A stretch of DNA of 60,485 bases, filler included. It is 10 parts of 10 records of this genome, joined end to end, with 100 filler letters (N's around TTAATTAATTAA, not from the genome) between each part and the next. Parts side by side here need not be neighbours in the genome. Positions count along the whole stretch, not along the records: positions 11,792 to 16,948 come from SRR31147125_155939; positions 17,049 to 24,055 come from SRR31147125_155962; 8 more parts are not named here. The stretch is one strand, 5' to 3'. The notes beneath the pieces were generated by a model, which did not search any database, had not been told where the DNA came from, and saw nothing but the letters and a program-made list of their open reading frames with translations. Both the position numbers and the translations under genes were made by a program. This document shows, piece after piece, positions 11,692-20,630 of the stretch; the first letter of the stretch is position 1, and every line of letters starts with the position of its first letter.

Positions 11692-11975
11692 NNNNNNNNN
11701 NNNNNNNNNNNNNNNNNNNNNNNNNNNNNNNNNNNTTAATTAATTAANNNNNNNNNNNNNNNNNNNNNNNNNNNNNNNNNNNNNNNNNNNNATGCCCGTG
11801 CGTGTGTGGAGTACAGAGTCAGTTTATGTGTATATGGATTCCTCACCACTCTTATACGTGAATGAGGAAGAGGAGGACGTTAGGAAGAGAGAGAGAGGAA
11901 GAGGGGAAAGAGGAGAGGAAGAGGGGTGAGGGGGAGGGGGGAAGACATCGCCGTCTGACACGTCCGTTTCTCTAG

Positions 11976-13290
11976 TGGAGGAAGCGACGAAAGACCTTCC
12001 GCCTCTTACCAAGTTTCAGTTGAAGGCGAAACGTACCCTTAAAGGACACTTTGCGAAGATCTATGCGCTTCACTGGGCTGATGATAAGAGGCACCTTGCT
12101 TCTGCATCCCAGGATGGCAAATTAATTGTGTGGAACGCTATGACGCAGAACAAGGTCGGCTTCTTGCCTTGTGGGAGGGAGAGAGAAAGCGACGACAACA
12201 AGGTGACGTATGTTTGTTTCCTCCCTAGGTGCATTGCATTCCTCTACGATCTTCGTGGGTAATGACATGTGCCTATTCGCCCTCGGGGCAACTTGTGGCG
12301 TGTGGTGGACTGGACAACGTCTGTTCTGTGTACAACCTCAAGTCGAGAGACCAAGTTCGAGTACGCCACCATCACCCTCTGATGTTGGGGACTCCTCACT
12401 CTGGTTCTCTAGCCTGCGCGTGAGCTGGCGCAGCATACAGGCTACCTCTCCTGTTGTCGTTTCCTCTCTGACAAGAACATCGTCACGTCGTCGGGGGATC
12501 TGAGCTGCATTCTGTGGGACATTGAAATGGGTACACCATCTATCATCTTCCAGGGGCACAAGGGAGACGTAATGAGGTACAAACGGAGACGCGTGCCATC
12601 TCGAGGCTCCTGACAGGAAGTTGTGTTCCTCCCCCTCCCCCTCCCCCAGTGTGTCACCATCACCCGACAAACGCACCTTTGTGTCGGGTGCATGCGATGC
12701 CACAGCGAGGCTCTGGGACATTCGAACGGGTAAGAGCGAAAGGACGTTTACAGGACACAAATCGGACATCAACGCTGTACAGTGCGTTATGCGCGTAGAC
12801 ATGCCCTTCGGACACTACGTCTTATCATCACTCTTACCATCAGGTTCTTCCCCAATGGATTTGGCTTTGGGACGGGATCGGACGACTCAACGGCACGGTT
12901 ATTCGACATTCGGGCTCACCGCGAGCTGGCGGAGTACAGCAGTCCTCAGATCATGTGTGGCATTACCTCGATTGCCTTTTCAGCTTCAGGGAGGTTTGTG
13001 CCTCACCCGTCTCCCTCCACCTCCACTCATCCATGTGTTCCAGGTTTCTGTTTGCTGGCTACGACAATCACTACTGTTATGCATGGGATGTCCTCAAGGG
13101 GAAACAATTGCAAACGCTCACAGGGCACGAAAATCGTGTATCCTGTCTGGGGGTATCATCCGATGGCATGGCACTCTGCACGGGTAGTTGGGATACGAAT
13201 TTGAAGGTTGGATCTTCGTGTTTCTGATTCTCTGTTTCTGTTTCTGTTTCGGATCCTGATCCTGATTGTGCCTCTTAGGTATGGGCCTAG
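11976..13290 (+). CDS. GNB: Eukaryotic heterotrimeric G-protein beta subunit, paralog 1 (first exon missing). Exons 11976-12154, 12229-12360, 12413-12576, 12650-12781, 12844-12993, 13044-13206, 13279-13290
   Basis: Spliced product contains [80 protein letters not shown]; all six internal introns GT-AG, 50-74 nt. Confidence 0.93.
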
Positions 13291-13435
13291 CAATAAGAAT
13301 GGAGATGTGGTGGGTTCTCTTGTATGGTGGGTGGGTGGGTGGGTGGGGGACGTGGAGGAAAAGAAAACGCTTCAAATTTCTCCTCTTCTTCCCTCCTCTC
13401 CTCCACTCCCTTCCTCCTCTGCGAAATAGCACGTC

Positions 13436-14918
13436 ATGGACGCTTGTACGCGATTGCTGGCAGCTCGTTCCGAAGTGGCAGAGTTGAAGGAGCGAATCCG
13501 TTGTGGTCGTGTCGCCAAGAACGACCAAGGTATTCACACGCCGTGTAGTGAACGGTTACCCCTCCTTGCGGGGTATGGGGGGGGTCTGTAGCAGGCTAAC
13601 ACACTTTTTGTTGGCTTGCCAAGCCAAAGGGGCCATTAATGAACGGGCTGGACTTTCACCCCCGGCCGACTGGGAGACCAAGCTACGCATGCGACGTTCT
13701 CTTCGGGGACACTTTGCCAAGGTCTATGCCTTGAGCTGGGCCGATGATGGAGTGCATATCGCTTCGGCGTCGCAAGACGGGAATCTCATTGTGTGGAATG
13801 CTCGAACGCAGCGAAAGGTACGAGATGTGATCTGTTCTTCATCTTTCCCTGACATTGTAATGAATAGTCACACTGTCTTTCTCTTCGTTCGCCTTGGGTG
13901 ATGGCGTGTGCATGCTCGCCATCGGGGAATTTGGTCGCGTGTGGTGGTCTGGATAATGTTTGTACAATCTACAATCTCAAAGCAACACGAGACGCCGCGG
14001 TGCGTAAAGGGAATACTCATTTTGTTTCCTATGTAGCTGCTGACACGGAAGTGGAGGAAGCCCTCACGGCAACTCGCAGAACATACTGGATACATTTCGT
14101 GCTGTCGATTTCTTACAGACAAGCACATCCTCACAACCTCCGGGGATCATACATGCATTTACTGGGATATAGACACGGGCCAAACCCTGAGAACATTCGA
14201 TAATCACACCCGTGACGTGATGAGGTTCGACCGGGCGGGCCCCTTTGGTGGCAGAAGACTGACTGATCCCCGTCCGTGGCATCTGATCACAACATCTTTA
14301 TAACAGGATCGTGTGACTCAACCGCTAAGTTGTGGGATATTCGCTCAGGACAGTGCGAGCTCACCTACTCCAATCGTTATCATGAGTTCACAGGAGATCC
14401 GGGGCACACCGCGGATATCAACTCAGTTCAGTACGTGGAACTCTCTTTTCTTGTATCCGAATCACACATCTTGCTCCCAGATTCTTTCCCAATGATCTAG
14501 CATTTGGAACAGGGTCTGATGATAGCTCTGCACGCATCTTTGATCTACGCGCCAATCAGAGTGTAGCATCCTTTTCGTCACCAGATATGAATGTAGGCGT
14601 TACTGCAATTGCATTCTCTGCTTCAGGACGGTGCGTTGCATCATCATCAATGGACGTGCATTCATACAGAACACCAGATTCTTGTTCTGTGGATACGATG
14701 ATCAACACTGTCTCGTCTGGGATGTTCTTACGGGACGCACGCTTCAGAAGCTTCCTGGACATCTCAATCGTGTGTCGTGTCTTGGTGTGGCATCCGACGG
14801 AACTGCGCTTTGCACAGGCAGCTGGGATACTAACCTGAGGGTTCGGTTGTGTGTGTGTGTGTGCGTACGGCATTCACTGGGCTCACGGTGCGTGGGGGCC
14901 CCATAGGTCTGGGCATGA
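13436..14918 (+). CDS. GNB: G-protein beta subunit, divergent paralog 2 (multi-exon; one splice acceptor unresolved near 14225-14275)
   Basis: N-terminal coiled coil [79 protein letters not shown]; intron positions match paralog 1. Confidence 0.85.
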
Positions 14919-15031
14919 CCCATAGCGGCCTCTGTCTGTATAAGTGTACATGCGCCTCGAATCCGACTTCTATGTTGTTATTGTTGTTTTCTTTCGGGGT
15001 GGGGTGGGGGGGGGGGGGGGGTGAAGAATCC

Positions 15032-16948
15032 TTACAAACCATAACGCTCCAAGAGGAACTGGTCGTGGTCGTCCGCCCTTGCCACCATACTTGCCATAGG
15101 AGGACCGGGATGCCCTCTACGTGGACCCAGAGGCGCCACGCTTGATGGAGGAGCGGGTGCACGGTGCGCTCCAGGAGCTGCCGCACCCGCAGCAGCTCCA
15201 CGTCCCACAAGGGTTGGCTCAAACTTGGGATCTTGCGTGACATCCCACACATCACTCAGGGCACCGCCCGTTCTTCGACTTGATGTTCCGACACGGGCCG
15301 ACCACTCGGAGGACACCTCAGAACTCGAGGGGATATCCGGTACAAAAGGAGGGGCAACGACCCCCAGCCCCGCCACACCCTGGCCCGGTGCTCCTCGATA
15401 GCCCGAGGATGTACCAAAGGACGTGGTGGTGGTGGCGGCGGCGGCACCGTGACGACCCTCAAACGCACCAAATCCACCAAAGGTGCTGGTCGCTGCCCCA
15501 GGAGATACGGGAGCGGCCGTAAGCCCGAAGGAGGGTGCATGGGAAGCGTGTGATGTGTGAACAGGTAGCACAGGCGGTCCAGTGGGAGGTGGTGGCGTGC
15601 CCTTGCGAACAATGTCCGAGATCACTTGAAGGGAGGCCTCGTAGGCGGCAGTCTTAACCATCTTGGGGAATACAGGAAGTGTCACACGAAATCCACACAC
15701 CGCCACACACCGCCACACACCTGGGGAATGTTATCCCGTAGTGTTTGAAGCTCTTGAGAAACTTCCAAAAAACGTTCCCGCAGCTCACGCAACTGAACAA
15801 AGCGCATTTCAGATTCCCTGAAAGAAACAGAGTCAGTTCCACGCTCTTTCTCTTGTGAGAGGAGAGAGAGGGGCCACACACCTCAATCGTGTTTCCATTA
15901 GGGTACAACGTTTCTTGAGATCGGCCACTTCAGCTGCTGCAGCGGATTCCGCAAGTTTCGCATCAGGAGGTGGAAGCGTAGGAGGTGAAGAGCCGGGACG
16001 ATGTTGCGTCACAGCAGCTAACCACGTAGTTGACCCTTGTACGGGTGCACTTGTCGCTACAGGAACAGGAGGAGATCCTGACCTTTGCCCTCATCTGCCT
16101 TTGCTCCTAGACGCCTCCTCTCCTTCTCTCGGAAGGCCTCTTCATCACCCTTACTCATTTCCTTCTCGAAATTCCCCTCTTCCTTTCTCTCTTGTTCTCG
16201 TCGTTGCTCTTCTCTCTTTTTTTGTTCATGAAGCTCCCTCTCTCTCTCAATTTCAATTTCAAGTGCCTAACCACCAAATGAGTGGATTCTGTCGTTACCA
16301 CCACCTTACACACCCTTCGACCATAATTGCTGGAGATACAAATGGTGTCGTCCTCGGATGCTGGAACGTACTTCTTGGCCTGCTCCTCCGTCCCCGAGGA
16401 CCTGTTGGAGGAGGAGGCTGATCCCGATTGCCTTGACCCCGTACTCTTTGACTCAGAATCCACGCTTTGACCCATTCGCTCGAGAAGTGCTCGAGCTCTA
16501 TGTTGCCAAGGAATATGACTCACACACTCCCAATAAGGAAGAGGACACGGAAAACGCACTCGCGGTCCCATTCTTCGTCATCATCATCAGGTGGAGACGT
16601 CGAATTATCCGCAAGGGCCTCCGGTTGTTCTCGTGGTGAGTCCGGGGAGGAAGATGCACTCATTGTATCAACCGCCTTCTTGTCTTTCCTTTTGGCAGCT
16701 TTCTTCTCACGGCCCTGACCCTTGCTGAAGGAAAACTCTTGAGGTGTCACAAACGCCTCAAACACACGCCGTCAGACTTGTGGTGGTAGACTCCCAGGGC
16801 GTACTTGTTTGGGTCGAGCCAAATGTTCCTCTGACAGATCACTAGACGGGTCGGCCGTCACAGGATCTCTTGGTATCGTTCGTGTCTGTGGGAGGAGAAC
16901 CGAATCAATCCCTTCCTTGCACTCTGTCCCTTCCTAGACCACCTTGGG
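15032..16948 (-). CDS. Eukaryotic hypothetical protein (multi-exon, coiled coil plus Pro/Ala/Gly low-complexity C-terminus), 5' part missing
   Basis: ORF fragments flanked by GT..AG introns (e.g. EVADLKKRCTLMETRLR, ESEMRFVQLRELRERFLEVSQELQTL); last exon ends at TAA 15032; exon limits approximate. Confidence 0.55.
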
Positions 16949-17049
16949 NNNNNNNNNNNNNNNNNNNNNNNNNNNNNNNNNNNNNNNNNNNNTTAATTAA
17001 TTAANNNNNNNNNNNNNNNNNNNNNNNNNNNNNNNNNNNNNNNNNNNNG

Positions 17050-17075
17050 TGTCAGGCGGCCTGACATGGCCGTTA
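17050..17075. repeat. Short REP-like hairpin repeat, copy 1 (others 18302-18327, 18342-18367)
   Basis: TGTCAGG-cgg-CCTGACA followed by TGGCCGTTA. Confidence 0.55.
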
Positions 17076-17307
17076 TATATTGGTTATGAGATGTTTGGCA
17101 CCTAAAAAATTGTCACCTTGCACGCTATAAATTAACTTTTTCGTAAGGGCTTTTAAGGGAGTTCGCTCAAAAAAAGTATGGCGGTATAGCGTACAAGATG
17201 CCAATATGAAATTCTTGATGGGTATCTATTGGCCAATGAGTCACGTAAATTCGGATATTCAAGCTTTGTTATGGAGAATCGTTTTCATGGCCGATAGATT
17301 ATCAAAC

Positions 17308-18237
17308 TTACTCTGCTGAACCGGCACAAAGCGCTTGAAGCGTATTGAACCGTTTGTCTACCATTGCCTGGAGTTTTTCCAGATTTTCGTCATTGATATG
17401 TTTGTATTTTCCAAGAGTGGATGTCATGGCACTGATGGGTTTGGGTTTGTTCACCTTTTGGGTGATCTGAAATTTTCCACCTTCCATCTCCCATAGTGGA
17501 AAATAGTTGGTGCGAACCGCAGCCCGGCATACCTGAATGGAGCTGTCCATGGGAATCTTCCATCCAACGAGACAGGGACAGAACACATGGAGGTATACAA
17601 ACCCCTCTTTGGCTTTTTCCCGTGCCTTTTCAAGTTTCTTTGCATAATCTTCCAAGTGACTCAACGTTGCCGTGGCCACATAAGGAATATCGTGCATGGC
17701 CATCACCAGAGGCATGTTTTTTGATCCCGTGGTTTTTCCCTGGCTCTGGGTACCCACCGGTGTGGTGCTGGTGTGTGCCGCAAATGGGGTGGCGCTACTT
17801 CGCTGGATACCGGTATTCATGTATCCTTCGTTATCGTAACAGATGTAGATCATCTTTTCATTTCGTTCGGCTGCACCGCTCAGGGCCTGGAATCCGATAT
17901 CCTGGGCACATCCGTCTCCGGTAAAACAGACCACTTGGGCATCGATACCGGCTCTTTGATAATATCGGGCAAGTCCGGTGGCACTGGATGCCACACCCGT
18001 CATGGTACAGGCGTAATGGCCGAGTTGATGCCATGCTGCCGTGTTCTGTCCGTTCAATACCGGAGCTGAACAGGACGGTGTCCCCACAAGAACGGTCTTT
18101 TCGCCCATGACCTTGCCCACAAAGCGGGCATTGAGCTCCAGGGCGCATCCTGCACAAAACGCCACCCCGCCTGAAAATTGATCCTCAGCTTGAAAATACT
18201 CCGTCACTTTCGGTCTTTTCTTGTCTGCTATCTCCAT
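17308..18237 (-). CDS. porB: Pyruvate/2-oxoacid:ferredoxin oxidoreductase beta subunit (TPP-binding)
   Basis: FCAGC, GDG..DIGFQALSG, YDNEGYMNTGIQRS, PC..GW. Confidence 0.92.
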   Translation of the reverse strand: MEIADKKRPKVTEYFQAEDQFSGGVAFCAGCALELNARFVGKVMGEKTVLVGTPSCSAPVLNGQNTAAWHQLGHYACTMTGVASSATGLARYYQRAGIDAQVVCFTGDGCAQDIGFQALSGAAERNEKMIYICYDNEGYMNTGIQRSSATPFAAHTSTTPVGTQSQGKTTGSKNMPLVMAMHDIPYVATATLSHLEDYAKKLEKAREKAKEGFVYLHVFCPCLVGWKIPMDSSIQVCRAAVRTNYFPLWEMEGGKFQITQKVNKPKPISAMTSTLGKYKHINDENLEKLQAMVDKRFNTLQALCAGSAE

Positions 18238-18301
18238 ATTTGCCTCGCATATATATGTACAAACTCGTTTCTGTTGGGTCGAGCTTATTCATTTTGAGTT
18301 G

Positions 18302-18367
18302 TGGCAGATGACCTGCCATGGCTGTTATCATACGGTGTTGGGGCAAGTCGTCTTGCCATGGCCGTTA
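18302..18367. repeat. Two tandem REP-like hairpin repeats between porA and porB
   Basis: TGGCAG-atgac-CTGCCA-TGGCTGTTA and GGCAAG-tcgt-CTTGCC-ATGGCCGTTA. Confidence 0.55.
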
Positions 18368-19567
18368 TTCGGGTAACCAGGTCACTTCGTCGTAGGGGTT
18401 TCCCTGGGATGCATTATAAATATCATCCACCATCCGTTCGATGTGTTCGATGGTAATGTCCATATTGGCAAGGCCGTCGATGAAGCTCAGCATGGGCACA
18501 TGGCCGATATTGGATGAGATCGCTTTGGTTTCCATGTAGAGCGGTCCGCATCCCCAGCCGAAACAGATACTGCGATCCAGAACGCCGACGGCTTTCATTC
18601 CTTTCAAGGCTTCACTGAGTCGCTGGACCGGGAATGGGCGATAGAGTCTCAGTTTAACGAGCCCGACTTTCTTTCCTTCGTCTCTTTTCCGATCAATCAC
18701 CGTTCTTGCCGTTCCAACGGCACTGCCGGAGGTAACGAGAACGCAATCGGCATCTTCGGTGCGGTAGGTTTCGATCTGGCCTCCGTATTTACGTCCGAAC
18801 ATTTCGCCGAATTCGTTATCAATTTTATCCATCAAGGGCATCACCCGATCCAGGGCGGCCATATGCTTTCTTCGAAGCTCTACGTAGCCCATGCCGATGC
18901 CGTGGCTGCCGCAGCCGATGGCCTCTCCTGGAATCAGGGTCGGGCGCTGGGGCTGATCTTTCAGGATGGAGAGATATTTATCCACGTCTCCGATGGCTGG
19001 AATATTCACGGATTCAGCTAAAAATGAGAGGTAATAGCCATCGTAATTGACCATCACCGGAAGCTGAATATCGTAATCTTCAGCCAGACGAAACGCCTGA
19101 ATGGTGAGATCGAGGATTTCCTGGCAGTTTTCCGCAATGAGCTGCACCCAGCCGCTGTCGCGAACGGAGATCATGTCCTGCTGTCCCGAGCAGACCGCAT
19201 GGATGCCGGGAGGTTCTCTGTTGACATTGATCATGACAACCGGTGCTCGATATCCGGCGGTGTTGAACATGGCATCATACATATAAACAAGGCCGTAAGA
19301 CGATGTGGCGGTAAAGGCGCGGGCTCCGGCCATGGAGGCGCCGCACACCACGTTCTGGGCGGAATTTTCACCTTCTACGGTGACGTACTCCGTGTCCAGG
19401 ACGCCGTCGGCATGAAATTGTGCCAACTGCTCGATCAATTCACTCTGGGGGGTGATGGGATAGGCAGCCACTACGTCGGGACGGCAGAGCATGGCGCCGT
19501 AAGCAGCTGCGGCATTACCGGTTATTACTTTGGTTCGATTGTCTACCGATGTTGCTGTCGCACTCAT
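18365..19567 (-). CDS. porA: Pyruvate/2-oxoacid:ferredoxin oxidoreductase alpha subunit
   Basis: GNAAAA, AAYPITPQS, FTATSS.GL, RLYRPFP. Confidence 0.92.
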   Translation of the reverse strand: MSATATSVDNRTKVITGNAAAAYGAMLCRPDVVAAYPITPQSELIEQLAQFHADGVLDTEYVTVEGENSAQNVVCGASMAGARAFTATSSYGLVYMYDAMFNTAGYRAPVVMINVNREPPGIHAVCSGQQDMISVRDSGWVQLIAENCQEILDLTIQAFRLAEDYDIQLPVMVNYDGYYLSFLAESVNIPAIGDVDKYLSILKDQPQRPTLIPGEAIGCGSHGIGMGYVELRRKHMAALDRVMPLMDKIDNEFGEMFGRKYGGQIETYRTEDADCVLVTSGSAVGTARTVIDRKRDEGKKVGLVKLRLYRPFPVQRLSEALKGMKAVGVLDRSICFGWGCGPLYMETKAISSNIGHVPMLSFIDGLANMDITIEHIERMVDDIYNASQGNPYDEVTWLPE

Positions 19568-19863
19568 TAGGCAAAGTCTCCTTCCGATTTCATGGTGATT
19601 GCTTTTTTAGGGCACTCTTTTGCACATACGCCGCACCCTTTGCAAAATTCCAGGTTGGCTTTGTAAAATTCGCCGTCGTCCAGCATACATTGCGGGGGAC
19701 AATAAATCATGCAGAATCCGCATGAGTTACAATTTTCTTTGTCCACAATCGGTCTTTCCGTTCGCCACTCTCCGCTTTTCAAGCAAAGAGGGTTTTTCTT
19801 GGCATAGGACCATGCGGCTTCCGTCTCAAATATGCCGGTGTCTTTTCCATCACTTACTGCCAT
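19567..19863 (-). CDS. porD: 2-oxoacid:ferredoxin oxidoreductase delta subunit (2x[4Fe-4S])
   Basis: GEWRTERP, CNSCGFCMIYCP, CKGCGVCAKECP. Confidence 0.92.
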   Translation of the reverse strand: MAVSDGKDTGIFETEAAWSYAKKNPLCLKSGEWRTERPIVDKENCNSCGFCMIYCPPQCMLDDGEFYKANLEFCKGCGVCAKECPKKAITMKSEGDFA

Positions 19864-20408
19864 GTCTGCACCTCCACTTCGTTATACCCGCGCTCGGCAT
19901 TTCGAATGTTTTTTTCAAGGATCGATCCGGAGAGATAGTCCTCCATCCCTTTGATCACGGCGTCTAAAGAGAGCCATCCCGTGGTTTTGGCCAGCGCCCC
20001 GATGAGGCAGGTGTTGGGAATATCCCTTCCGATTTCCGTCAAAGCGATCTGGGTGGCGTTGATGAGCCCGACCTGTTGCAAATTCTCTGTCGGTTGACTC
20101 TCTAAAGCCTTTGCGCTGTTGAGGATCAATACCCCCGGTTTCAGACCGTCGAACAGTGTCTCCAGTGTGAGCAGCGTCGGATCGATCACCATGAGGCAAT
20201 CCGGCGTGTAGATCTGGGTCTTTTCCCTGATGGTTTCGTCGTTAAACCGGGTAAAGGCGATGACCGGCATGCCCCGACGTTCAAAACCATACATGGGGAA
20301 ACTGGCCACACATTTTCCTTCCACAGCCATGGCTGATGCCAGCATTTTCGCTGCCATTACCGCACCTTGGCCTCCTCTTCCATGAAATCTGATCTCTTTT
20401 CCTGACAT
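19854..20408 (-). CDS. porC: 2-oxoacid:ferredoxin oxidoreductase gamma subunit
   Basis: EIRFHGRGGQGAV, FPMYGFERRG.P; start ATG 20408 after a GAGGTG RBS. Confidence 0.92.
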   Translation of the reverse strand: MSGKEIRFHGRGGQGAVMAAKMLASAMAVEGKCVASFPMYGFERRGMPVIAFTRFNDETIREKTQIYTPDCLMVIDPTLLTLETLFDGLKPGVLILNSAKALESQPTENLQQVGLINATQIALTEIGRDIPNTCLIGALAKTTGWLSLDAVIKGMEDYLSGSILEKNIRNAERGYNEVEVQTWQ

Positions 20409-20434
20409 GTTCACCTCTTTGCAATTTTTTTGTG

Positions 20435-20462
20435 CCGTATTCGGTGTACGGTACCCCAATTG
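20435..20462. promoter_or_regulatory. Putative operator, copy 1 (CCGTAT-N6-TACGGTACCCCAATTG)
   Basis: Near-identical to 23827-23854; lies just downstream of a minus-strand sigma70-like promoter. Confidence 0.65.
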
Positions 20463-20469
20463 ATAATTC

Positions 20470-20499
20470 ATCTTAAATTGAATTTTTTATTGCTGTCAA
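20470..20499 (-). promoter_or_regulatory. Putative sigma70 promoter of the por operon
   Basis: TTGACA (20499-20494)-N18-TAAGAT (20475-20470) on the minus strand. Confidence 0.55.
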
Positions 20500-20630
20500 G
20501 CTTTAAAAATTATTTATTTACATGACCTTGACACAATTATTTCAAGAGCAATCAACCGTCGTTGTGCCCGCCGGAGCATGGTGTTGATTTGAATGCCCTC
20601 CATAGGACACTGTCGAGAGCATTCACTCGA

